64,000 nucleotides of DNA from contig BDGG01000013.1 of NCBI GenBank assembly GCA_001949185.1, positions 751,845 to 815,844 on the forward strand, given 5' to 3'. Below, piece by piece: positions 1 to 13,120 of the stretch (position 1 is the stretch's first letter; the number at the start of each line of letters is the position of its first letter). The translations under genes were made by a program, and so were the position numbers. The notes beneath the pieces were generated by a model. The model was given only the letters and a program-made list of their open reading frames with translations, ran no database searches and had not been told where the DNA came from. Origin of the DNA: Ramazzottius varieornatus (Eukaryota; Animalia; Tardigrada).

Positions 1-1014
1 TAGGCTTATCCCTTGCGGGAACCATAATACGGAAGTATTCAGACGCATGGTAGACATCGAGGAAGTTATGCATACCGTGCTATGACTGACGATAAATTTT
101 GAGCTTAGCTCCATCAGCTTGGCTCTACGAGCCGCAGCACTTCGCTAGCGCCCGTCAATTACGGGCTCCAGGAAGCAAGCTTCCGGGCTGCCGGAGTGTG
201 GCCTGGTACATGGCAGGATTGTTCAACGGTGTCTTACTTCACAACACTGTGCAGTGCTTCTAGCGCTTCATCTAACGCGACAGGTACTCTTTTCTCACAG
301 CATACCCAGTCTGGCTGGGTCAGTCATACAGCAAGACAAAGAAAGCGACCCCTGTACCGTAGCTCCGCAGTAGGAAACTAATGGTCGGGAGTAAGCATCT
401 CCTGACTTTCGTTCTATTCAACCTCTCCGCCGATTCAGATTTCAGATAAGCACAGAAATGCAGGAAGTATTGGACCGTAAGGAAAAGGTGGCGCTGTGTG
501 ATACTAATGAACTACTTTCAAACTCCGAGTGCTACCGGCCCGTGTTCAATTAACGGACCACTGCCTCGAAGCTGGCCACATTGTCTGGGGCATAATGGAC
601 GCTTCTCGAACATACCACGCCTGGCGAAGTCTCCCTCTGCTCCGGGTCCGTTTGCAAAGGACTCATTTCCCAAGAAAACAGCGAACACGATATGCTATCA
701 CTGTGTTGACGTACACCTGTTGTGCTAGTCAGAGGTACAAAGCCACTCAACGATTTTCTAAATTGCATTTCTCTCTGAGTCGTATTTCCGAGTTTCCAGC
801 CCCATTAGTATACGGAAAATCTATCAGAATTCGAGTAGTTGGGTGATGGCTCCGGATGACAGCAGCACACACAACAATATGTGCATGAATATGTACAAGG
901 AAATCTTTGTGAGCAGAAAAATTCAAAATGGAGTTTGGATGAAAGAAATGCAGAGCAAAATATGCAATGGCCTAAGAAAAAGAACCATCTTGAATACTTT
1001 ATACCTATGTAATA

Positions 1015-1490
1015 CGGTTGCGCATGGCTCCGCATGCTACCCGCGCTACCTAAATACTCCGCATACTACCTTAATTCTACTGTAAGCTACGCACCACCAT
1101 AGTGATCCGCGTACTACCTTTCGCCGCACTCTTATTCCACGTACTGTACTACGTATAGTTTAATGTCGGGTGTTTGTCTAAACGTTAATTCTCATCACTA
1201 TTCTGTGACTTGGTCCGATTCCGCCGCCGCGCGCTCCTCTTTTCGCGCTGTAATGACACCTTCCGTATTTCTTCGATAATTTCGAGTTAGAGACAGAACG
1301 CCAGCTGACGGACGAGGCAGCGGCCATATTTTCCCAGATTTTAGCGTTATGTAGTGCGCAGAGTAAGTCGCATTGTCAATACCGTCAGTTATTAAAAGGT
1401 AGTAGGCGAAGGTTTTGGTGGTGTGAAATCTCCAAATGGAAGTATGCGAGGCATTTAGGTAGTGCGGGCAGCATGCGGAGCCGAATACCG
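1015..1490. mobile_element. MITE with imperfect ~50+ bp terminal inverted repeats
   Basis: ggctccgcatgctacccgcgctacctaaatactccgcatac (1026-) is the reverse complement of gtatgcgaggcatttaggtagtgcgggcagcatgcggagcc (-1482). Ends are cggt...accg, with 'aata' on both flanks. Confidence 0.75.
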
Positions 1491-2103
1491 AATACTGTTG
1501 ATACTGTTAATACTGTTGATAATTTCACTCAGTGTAAAGAAATCCCCGAGTTGATGACCATGTATCATACTCAGGCTACGCGCTCTGTAGGGCGACAAAG
1601 ATTTTCTGGCAAGATCGACAATCGCATCCTTATAGGGAGCTTTCCACTGTTTTGACGCACAATGCCCCGAGAATGTGCATTAGCAAGTCATGCAGGTATG
1701 GTAGGGTGAGGTTTGTGCTCATGTCTTTTGCAGAAAGCAGGGACCCGGAAGTCAGCCGGACAAAGCTTGTATGACTCACCATCATTTGCGGAAGTGCACA
1801 CCGAGTCTGATTAATTGAGGTAGATAAGGTATCAGTAACGGCTTTGTTGTTGACAGGAGTATCTACCCTTCCGTACGATAAGTGGTCGCGCATTCGGTAT
1901 GTTGGGTCTGTGAAGAACGCAATTTAAGAAATTCAATGGAAATTGTGACCAAATGTGACCAAACACCTCAGAACAAAACTAATTCTTGAATATGTTTCCA
2001 CCCAGCACTTTTATGAGCCTATCAATCTGCAACCGTACTTGAAAATAGTCGAGCTGACATTCCTCTCATCAAAATCTTGTTTCCTGTACCTGGACACAGA
2101 AAA

Positions 2104-5100
2104 ATGGGCGCTCGGACTTCGCAGTTGCAGTCGGGCAGGGGGACCAATTCATCTAAGCCGTTACCCGTGCGGATGAATACGCTTCGACAAATAAAGGCAG
2201 CGCCTGAGGTCATTCCTTCACATAGCCACTTACCTACTCCTGACTATTCAAAGGAGTCGAGTTCGCAGCCAGCGGAAGACCTTACCCCATCACTAGCCGC
2301 CGAACTGTTGGAGCTACTCCTTGACACAAATGCAGTGCGTCATGAGAAAGTTATCAGTCTGCTTCAAAGTTCCCGACCCGACCTCACTCTGGACGCTTCT
2401 GGACTGAAACCCATCCACGTCGCGGTTGTGACTGGAAACATGGAGCTGCTTCGACAGGTCCTCGAAACACGAGGAACGGACGCGAACGCTCGGGCAGCGG
2501 GTCTGACAGCGCTACACCTGGCTGCTCAGTATCTGAACCCTGCTGCTGTCCGAGAACTGCTCAACCACCCGCTCACCCATATCAACTCACAAACAACCCT
2601 TGAGCAACAGACGCCGTTGATGGTGGCGTTGTCAACTGATCATAAAGGCCCGGATGAGGATCGGCTGGAAATTATTCAAACGATCCTGGAGAACGAGCAA
2701 TGTCATCTGGACCAGCAAGATACCGATGGGTGGATTGCCCTGACGTACGCTGCGAGAACAGGAAATTGGGACGCAGGATGGTTACTGTTGGCTGAGGAAC
2801 GCTCGCAAGTTTACACAATCGATCAACTGTTGAATGCTTGTCGCGTTGCCTATCTGAGTGGAAACGAAGCTTTTTGTGATATTTTGATGCAGAGCATAAC
2901 CGATGGACAACGAGCGGAAATACGAAAGAAAATTACAGCATTGAAGGGTAAAACTTTTGAATACGAATAGCGAGAAAACTGTGGCCGAACTTTTCGAGTA
3001 TTCGAGCTTTTCGCAGAGAACTGCCACACGACTCCACTATTACGAAGCTTATTGAAAGATGCCCAGCAATGGCTAGAGCCAAGCGGGCCTACAGTGGAGA
3101 ACCATCCGTCTTGGGACAATCAAGATCAGCTCCTACAAGTAGGAAGTATCGTCCTACTTCATCCTGACAAGGTCGCTGTGAGAAAGCTCCAAAAAGACAT
3201 CGGTGGCTGGCTGGACAGTCTGGAGAATGTGTCGGGACAGCGTGGGATTGTAAGAAGTATCAGCCAGGACGGAGTACTCGCTGTCGACTTTGGGTATTTC
3301 CGCCTGGTCACTAGCGACAACGACAACCGGCTAAGATATGTCAACCCGAAAGTGGTGAAAAGACTGTCTCAAGGTAGAGCCGTCAACAATAAGCGTCCTA
3401 ATTCTCCAAAGCGGAGCGTTAATGTGATGAAGTTGCAGACGACTACAATACTCATGACATCGATGGAACTATGATGAGCGCTGGAGACGTTGTTCGCCTG
3501 TTTTCTGATCGAGAAACTGTGGCGCAGTGTCAAAGTAGATTTGGTGACTACGACAGCAACATGGACCAACTGCTCGGTCAGCCTGGTGTGCTGAAGTACT
3601 ATGATCACAAATGCGATCCTGTTGTCGTCATTGCCGGTCAGGAGTGGCTAATAGATGCACAAGCTCTACGCAAAGTTACCACCGGTAATCGCGCACGTCT
3701 ACCTTACGGAATGTGCTCAACTATTTATATCAAGCCAGTTGACTGAGTAGTACCTTCTTGCTATAGTTGAATGCGCCGACGGGAAACTGGCCCAGGTTGG
3801 AAGCCGTCTTGACCTCTCGTCCAACAAATCGACGTTCAAACACCTCCAGTCATCCGAAGTGTATGGTGGATGGAATGAAAAGATGGTGACAGTACTTGGA
3901 AAAGAAGGCGTGGTCACACATATTGGCTGTAGTTGTTATGTCATCACCGCCAGACCGGACTGTTTCCTTACTGTCCGTGTTGGGCACGTGGAAATGGATG
4001 TCAATCCCAAATTGTTGACCGTAACAAGCGACGATGACAAGACCCTTATAAGACTACCTCAAAATGGCGTTGGCGTTCACAGTCACAGAGACCAACCACA
4101 GTACCGGGATCTCGGCCAAAAGGGCAGTTCTCATCCGGAATCCGACCAGAAAAGCTGGCCCACTTATGACAGTTTTTCACAGAGCGGAGAAGAAGACGCC
4201 GTTGATAAGAGAATATCAAGGCAAAATTCCGGGAAGCCAGTGCTCAACCTGCAGAATGGATCTGATGCAGAAAACGATGGTGAAATAAATTCGACCGTCA
4301 AGCTGCCACTGGCAACGTCCCTGTCTGTATCCAGCGAGGACTCGAAAGTCTCATCTGTGATGTCCCAACTGCAGAGTAAGCCACAGTAATTTCTCAAGAG
4401 AGGGTATACCGGTTTTCCGCACCGAAGTCCGACGACTCGAGTCCCATGTCTGTTGCTTGCAGGTTACGCCAAAACTATACCGTTTGATCAGCTGAAAGAG
4501 TGGACAAAAATTGGCGCCGGTGGGTTCGCCACCGTCTATCGAGTAAGATGGAACGCGGCCTACTGCGCTGTCAAAGTTATCAAGATGGATAACATGAAAG
4601 ACATGCAAGGGAACACAGATGGCGAAGTGGCTGCATCGTACGATATTTGGAGCGAAGCAAAGTTTCACAGCCAGTTTATGCATCCACACATTGTGCAGTT
4701 CCTGGGCGTCGCCTTCAATCCATCTGACCCCGTTCAGATGAACGCTTACATGGTCATGCGCTTCGTCGATGGGTACAACCTCGACAAGGCCATATTCAAA
4801 AGGAAAGTGGTAAGGAATTTCATGTTTCCAAGAAAGGCTATCTCGGGTCGTACAGTAGAAAGTTTCGTTTTCTAGCCGATGACAAGAAGAGAAAAAGTCG
4901 ATATAACATTGCAAATCGCCGATGCAATACGGTATCTTCACGAAGACGCTCATGTTATCCATAAGGACATCAAACCACAAAACATACTGGTAAGTGTGTT
5001 TGTTCAGCAATGGTATGAATAACTGTATTACAGTTGGTTGTTTGCTGTGTAGATTGATAAATACAGCAAGCAAGCATACGTCACGGACTTCGGTATCAGT

Positions 5101-5514
5101 AATGCCTACCACGACACTCCAATACAGACAATGCTTGCCTTGTATACTAAAGACGCCTGTGGTTCTGTACCCTACATGGCTCCCGAGCTGGTCATTGTGT
5201 CGAAGCGCAACAGCATGTACCGCAGGCCGACACCGAAATCTGACATCTGGTCGTTGGGAGCCACCTTGGTCGAGCTCTTCACCGAAAAGCACTTGTATGG
5301 TGCGGAGAACCCCGACTTACATACTCTACTCAACTTCAAGCAGGATCAGACACTACCGAAAGCGATGGTGGAAGCTCCCGAGCATTTGAAGAGAGTTCTC
5401 CAGCCTTGTCTAGACAAGCAACCAGACAAACGACCGAGCGCCTCAAAACTTCTCAACATGCTGGACGAGCACGAGAAAGCCATGCTGAATGGTGGCGAAG
5501 AGTCCGATGTGTAG
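2104..5514 (+). CDS. Multi-exon ankyrin repeat + 3x Mind bomb (SH3-like) repeat + Ser/Thr protein kinase
   Basis: Ankyrin motifs (GLKPIHVAV, GLTALHLAA, QTPLMVAL, GWIALTYAA). Mib-repeat motifs (LQKDIGGW..GQRGIV, GDVVRL..LGQPGV, YGGWNEKMVTVLGKEGVV). Kinase motifs GAGGFA, AVK, HKDIKPQN, DFG, APE, DIWSLG. Six GT-AG introns (e.g. 2948-3016, 4810-4875, 4990-5051) join the ORFs in frame. Confidence 0.85.
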
Positions 5515-5639
5515 AGGTAGTTCTGTTCTGTGATCATATCGCCATTTGAAAGGGAAGCCATCGGAGTTTCACTAGTAGTACCTATTATACGTGTAAACAA
5601 GTCATTACTCGGTCAACGCGCTCAAAAGGGCATTTGCTT

Positions 5640-6280
5640 TATTCAAACAAATAAATTTTTCTTCAAAAGAAGACCACAATGAAACAGGAGACTAAATCAA
5701 AATCAACAAGTTACGTGGACACGGTTCTTCCCTTCCCAAGATTCAAAACGTAAAATATTTCTTCGAGTCCTTTGGTCTCCTTCGCAGTACCCATAGCACA
5801 AAAAGCATTACCTCGCTGTATGTCAAGAGACCAGCGCTGTTTGAAATATCGAAGAGATCTAGTCTCAAAAGAAAACTCAACAAGCTTCTTCCCGATCGCG
5901 TTGATCAATTCCGTCGCTGCAGGTCCCCAAGATCCGGAAGTCTCGAATCCCAAAGGAACGAAGAGGTACTGTGAAGCGATGCCTTGGTATTTCTGGATCT
6001 TTCTCTCTTCCGCGTCTTCGGCGGCAGCTCTCACCTTCTCGCTTGTCTTTCCGACGTAGGACTTCGCCAATGCATCTACCACAGTCACATCCCAAACTAA
6101 TTCCTTCTCATTCTTCCAAGGTATCATGGTCTTTCCATCAGGTCTCAGTCCATCGTCCCGCGAATGTCCTAGTGGTTCCAGAACCGCCGGAACTTGTGCT
6201 GAAACGAGGGCTCTTCGCACCGACTCCTTCAGACTAGCGTGCCTACTGTGGCGTCCCGCGCTCTTTAGACAGCTCAGACG
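5640..6280 (-). mobile_element. 5'-truncated non-LTR retrotransposon 3' end (restriction-like endonuclease, CRE/NeSL-type)
   Basis: LSC.KSAGRHSRH zinc-knuckle tail, RPDG..PW...WDVTV, FVPLGFETSGSWG and QRGNA motifs in and just upstream of ORF 5711-6220, followed by a short 3' UTR with AATAAA. Confidence 0.8.
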
Positions 6281-7122
6281 CGCTCAAAACTACTTGCTGC
6301 TCTCTACCGAATATCGCGATTACAGAAATCTTTTTCGTCTCCAGTGAGAAGTCCAAATACAGTATAAGCCATGAAAGTTCCTACTAATAGCAACCAGCGA
6401 GCGGCTACAGCCATAGTTATGATCGTGTTAGATCCGAACCACGAAAACCTCACGCATGTTACTGCTGATCCAGACCGTTTCTTTCACGAATTTTGTTTCT
6501 TTCACGAATTTATAGCCAAGCGATCATCAGTAAAGGACCCGGTTTGGACTACCTTAAATTTCAACGGTAAACCTAGTTTTGGAGGAAGGCTGTTTATTCT
6601 GCAAAAGTAGATAAGAATGGACCGTACGCCCCACTCGGTCCAGCAGTGAATACGAAACCGGTGGTCCAGCCGAACCCAGTTTCCGGTATCTCGGACCCGA
6701 TGAATGTTCTGGCCGATCATGGTTTCCTGTTCGCAGTGGTGGACAAGCATACCAAAACTACAGTTCTCCTGGACAGAGTTGTCCAGTTGTAGACCTGTGA
6801 ATCGATAAGCGGAACCATCATCCAGCTAACATTCGTTCTTACCTGTGAGCTGTATCGCTTGACTAATGACCGGAAAAATACTTCGTACCGGTGACTTTAT
6901 TTGAATTTCATGGTTCTTGCGGTGCCCGGAGTCCAGTCTGAGACCAGCAAGCATTCTGTTCAGCTACCCGTACCCCTTTCTGGTGAAAGGTAGTTTTCTA
7001 ACGTGAAAGCAGACATCTCATCGCACAGAAGGCCTTCGTCTATAAAGTTTGACATGCCATTTAATCGGCGAGCTCATTCCGCCGAGCTAATTTCACCGAG
7101 GCTTATCTCGTCCAGCAGAAAA

Positions 7123-9566
7123 CTAAATCTCTGGCTTCGCGCATTGCCATGGTTGAAAGCTGTACAAGTTTTCTAACGGTGTCGGTTGCTGCATCCATTT
7201 CAAGGCTTGATAGATCGATACGAACCAAACGTCGCCCAACTTCAGTGCTTTGTCCATGAAATTGGACAGGGCATTCTGCCTGTTCCACTTCCCCCAAAAC
7301 CACGCCGCGTGAGCCGATAGCAGGTACGGCGCTCGATTAGTGCTGTAGTGCTTCAGGAAATTATCCCAGAAGATCTTGGTCAGCCCTTCAGTGTCTTCCG
7401 GCATGACACAAGCGTCATACATCGAGCATTTAATACCTCCTAGTCCCACGACACCCGTCATCGGTACTTCCCACAGCCCAGGATATCGGTATTTGGGACA
7501 TGTACCATAGCAAGAGTGTGGAATGGGATTATCCAATGTGTAGGGCCACATGGGCGGGTCGGTCTGGGGGGAAGGTATGGATGAGTCGTACAGGAAACCA
7601 TTGCTCCATAACATGTGAAACATGGCGTCGCCACCGATTGCCAGAAACGGTGCTCGCATCCCGACAATGTCACTCCGGTTAACACCATTGGCATGGACCA
7701 TCAAAGCTTGGCCCAAGATTTCATTCCTCCATATTGTTTCGTTGCATTTTGCGCAGTCTGTATGGCTGTCAATAGAAGAATTTACCGGTAGTGAAGAGTG
7801 ATTAACGCAAGCGACGAGTGTATTGATAGTCAGATGAATTACCTCAGGGAATGCGATGCGATCTCATGGCCTCGTTTGTACAACTCTTGTACCATTTTGT
7901 AGTCGGTCCACTTGTGTGACAAGAAGACGGTTCCTGTTATGGGGCATCCGTTTAGATTGGTTCGGTTTCTGGCGAACACCCTCTTCAGAAACTCGAAGTT
8001 GCCACCGTTCACTGAATCGTCCCACGTGACCATTACAATCTGTGGGGTCTTTTTTGGCGGCAGTCCGTTTGGAATGTTGAGCACGTCGCAGTAGCAATCA
8101 GGAAGTTTGCACCGTGATTTATTGCAGTTGCTGTCCGCGTCGACTAATGGCTTCCGGGTTGGTCGAATTCTTTGCAGCGGTATCGCACTGGACGTGGACG
8201 AAGTCTGGCTGGGTAGTGTGGTTGTTTCTGTCTTGTTTACTGTATCGTGAACAGAAGGAGTAGTCTCTTTGTTCAACTCCATGACCTTCTTCAACTTCCA
8301 GACTTTTCGAAGGTTTTGCCATCTTGATAGCAGCAGCTCATATCTGCTAACCGACGAGTTTCTGTCTTTGATCGGCAGCTCGGATGTTTCTTTATCACTT
8401 ATGGCCAAGATCGTCTCTGCTCCAGCCGGCTTGATTCTATTGTCCTGTTCAGTCTCACAAGGGATTTACGCTAGTCGGACCACTCCAACTCTGAAACCAA
8501 TTCGCTATATAAGTAGATGAGAGTTCACAGTATAAACAGGCAGGCAGCATCGGCGGAAATAATTTTTGGACGCCACTACAAAATTCGGGAACAGGGATAC
8601 AATGGCCGTACGGCTCCGTCCCAATGACGTAACCAAACCGCTTTGACATAATGCACTCTTATTTTATCCCTGATTGACAAGGAGGCGATCAGCTGATCGG
8701 CGAAGAGTGTGTGTGGTTCGCCAGATAGTTTGCTGTCTCGTAGCTGTGGTACTTCATGGTGCGCAATTTGGAGCGGCAACGACGTCAAATCCGATCAGCC
8801 GTTCACCTCATTGTCAATGAAAAAGTCTCAATCAATAGTATTACGTCATCGCACCAGACTTGTACGCTAGTGTACGACAATAGTTCCTCTGTTCCCGAAT
8901 TTCGCAGTGGCGTCCAGGAGTTAGTTCCGCCGATACCGTCTGCTCTGTTTTATGGAGTGAACCCTTTTCTATTCTTCCATCTTATTGCTTCTAGAGTTGG
9001 AGTGGAGCGACTGGTGTAAATCCCTTGTCAGCCTGAGACTTGGCCTCCTGGTCCTTGAAGAATGCACCGGCAAGCGGCCATACTGTAGCCGGTAATGCGG
9101 TAGAAAGGTTACGACCGGCGACATCTGTCATAAAGATATATTGATTCATTACAGTATATATGTTGGGTGGACAAAGCACATGCTCATCAAAGTGCGAAGA
9201 AAGTGCTACATACCATTAGCAAAGGTAGCAATATCCGCGTTGGGCCACTCGCATATTCGCGTCCGATCGTTGTACTACAAAGATGCCGAATACATGCGCA
9301 TCTATTAATAGTACCCAACGACATGCCGGATCAGATGACAAGTTTAAAAATTGACAACAAAATGAACTTACGATGTAGCCGAAGTCGCACGTGCCTTGCG
9401 TGGCCCAGTTGGTTCCGTTATGACAGATCCAATTCAGCCTGTAGGAAGAATCATGAGAAACCGTTCCAGACGATGTCGGGCACTTGAACCTGTGCCCCCG
9501 GCCTAGTACGCCCACGAAGAAGATTAGTGAAGTGATGGACACACATGATCTTCCGGCTTTTAGCAT
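7123..9566 (-). CDS. Chitin deacetylase-like protein (signal peptide + CBM14 + Thr-rich linker + CE4 catalytic domain); exon 3 is interrupted by a MITE
   Basis: Signal peptide MLKAGRSCVSITSLIFFVGVLG. Spliced CBM14-like CP...C...CDFGYI|YNDRTRICEWP. Catalytic motifs TWDD, HEIASHSLSH, MRAPFL, YDSS, PMWPYTLD, NRAPY. Confidence 0.85.
8458..9027. mobile_element. MITE (570 bp) with ~180-bp degenerate TIRs and 3-bp TSD TCA
   Basis: tca|caagggattta...taaatcccttg|tca. Region 8458-8640 is the inverted copy of ~8840-9027. Confidence 0.85.
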
Positions 9567-9854
9567 CGTACGAAGAGTCACAGTGGAAACCCGCCAGCAG
9601 GAGAAAACAATTGTACTATCCACGGAATATCACTGCCAAAGCCGCATCTCAGACTCAACGATGTTGCACAGACGTCGCACGATAAGTGAACTTCACGGAC
9701 CAAGGCAGTAAAACGGTCAAAGTTTATGACAGAAGAACCGTTTTGTACGCCATCTTGTAGCTCAAGACGGAAGTGATGCATATTCGTCTGTTGTACAGCG
9801 CTGTCCGCAGTGTGAGGCAACGCGATTTCCTCAATTAATCAAGCAGCCGTTGCC

Positions 9855-10070
9855 CACATGCATATGATTACTATAGAGCTAGACGTATATGACACATGGA
9901 CCGAGGCATAGTTTACCGCACTGATAAGTTTGCGTTTGGTCGCCACCCGCCAATTTCATCCACATCATAAGTCATGATAAATTCCGACACCAAACAAGAT
10001 TTATTATAGGAGCGCGGCAAACTTCAGTATGCCTCAGTTCGTAGATAGTAATGATCTGACAAGCGCATGT
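9855..10070. repeat. Degenerate inverted repeat / old MITE
   Basis: gaggcatagtttaccgc...gtttggt (9903-9940) is inverted relative to accaaac...gcggcaaac...tatgcctc (9989-10036). Weak outer arms. Confidence 0.4.
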
Positions 10071-10617
10071 CATGTGACTCACTGGCATGAGAGAGGAGCA
10101 AAATGGTAGGCCATACGGTACATAAAAGAATCACGCAGCTTCCCGCGGACAACAGAAACCGGGATGTAAACTTTGTGCGCCACTGGCAGTAGAAAAGGGC
10201 AAGTCCCGGCAGTGAGCCGCTGCCCGTTAGTTACTTCATTACATCCAATATTTGATTACGTGGGCACTCGATTTTTGATTTTCGGATTGATCGAGCCGCC
10301 GCCGAATTTTCTGAGTCACTTCTCATAAACTGACGTCATCAGGTGTTCCGTATGACCTCACTACTTGTTCTTTTCTATTTCTTTTACCAGCCACCCATGT
10401 AATACATGCGCCACTGTCGCACAATACCACTGAACGTGAAATCATCTGGACACGACAGCGATATTCAGCACACATGTACCTCCACGGGTAATCCATGACC
10501 GCGGGCATTCCGTTCTACCTTGATACGGGTGAAAATACTTTTGCGTCGCACAACAGAAATACTTTCACGAACAGCGAGCCACATGAAGTAGGGATAATGA
10601 GGCGCGATGCCTCGATC

Positions 10618-11876
<1,259 letters not shown>

Positions 11877-12169
11877 ACTGTCCAGTGAATCAATGTTTAA
11901 AAAGGCGGCGATCGAAAGAACGTTTCTTTAATGTCAAAAAGCAAAGCAAATGCCCGAATTCGAATGCCTAACCGTCTCACTTTCGCAAAAGTTGTCTTCT
12001 GATATACCAATGCAGCCCGTCGTTCAAATATGGTTTCGCACATTCTGTTATCGTTCAGACGAGAAGGTTATCATGTCAGCTAACCTTGACTTGCTAGGGA
12101 TTTCGCGACAAAGAAACGGAAGCCTTCCGCCGCCCTTTTGTATTTTGAAGAATCTATCGATACTCGCCG

Positions 12170-12965
12170 GCCCGAACGTCTTTCAGCCACTACGTGGTGA
12201 ATCTTTGTGCCGCAAACCTGATTTACACCGGTGCTCTGTATCCCTAAATGCTTTCATGGTCTTCCATCCACACGTTTCTTTCCCTGAGCAGTTTTGCGTA
12301 TTTCATCGTTATTTCACCGCAACCACCGGAGCGCTGATTAACAATGGCCACGCGCTCGTTGCTGTAAATCGGTTATGGGCCATCATATACCCTTTGTCCT
12401 ACAGAACCCATCACCGTCTGCATCCCGCCTGGACGTCGACCAGAGTGTGCGCCGTAACATGGCTCTACATTCACCTGTTCATAACCCCCGGACGATTTTC
12501 GAATCGGTCAGTACAGAACGGCCGTCACATGAAGTGCTAGCGTGTCCGCCATCAACCAAAATTCCTCGCGCTGTGGCGCTCGTGATACAAGTTTTGTTGT
12601 TCGACACACCGATCATTCTGACCGTGGTTATTTACCCCTTCTTTCTGGATGAGAAAATCATGCGAGAAAGAATGCTATGGAGTGTTGCGCTTTCTCGAGT
12701 TCGTCGGGCACGCTCCCCGTTGGCAGGAGCTGCACTGATCATGAGTGCGCAGCCGAACAAGGATGGGAAATTTCTGGCCCTGACTCTGCTGATATTATTG
12801 CCTGCACAGGTTTACTACACCTTGTTCGTTCCTCGCATAGCAGCGAAAGACCTATTTACAGCAACGTGGATCCTTTACTCGCTCAGTCTAATTTTTGATC
12901 CGTTACTGTTTATGTTTTCGGTCGACAGTTTTCGTAGTGCTCTGAAGCGTGTCATCCGCAGATAG
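12170..12965 (+). pseudogene. Rhodopsin-class GPCR remnant, frameshifted
   Basis: TM3 AVNRLWAIIYPLSYR and TM7 DPLLFMF..SFR lie in different frames (ORFs 11950 and 12375), with a shift near 12490. TM6 is shortened. Confidence 0.65.
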
Positions 12966-13120
12966 GTGCGAAACCTTTTCTGAATCTGCACGGTAATTTT
13001 CTTAACTTAAGACAGAATCCATCTGTAGACTCGACAATTTCGCCCCGTTAATGGAATTATGTTAATTGGAAAGAAACGTTGCTTATTGTATTCAAAACTT
13101 GTTTTTTAGAAAATTCCTTT

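Noticed and set aside
1-1000. Splice-like signals and short ORFs
   Set aside because: Stops in all frames and no recognisable family.
4351-5292. 313-aa minus-strand ORF
   Set aside because: Antisense to the kinase exons; no motifs.
6370-6900. Minus-strand exon-like segments
   Set aside because: Could not assemble a credible product.
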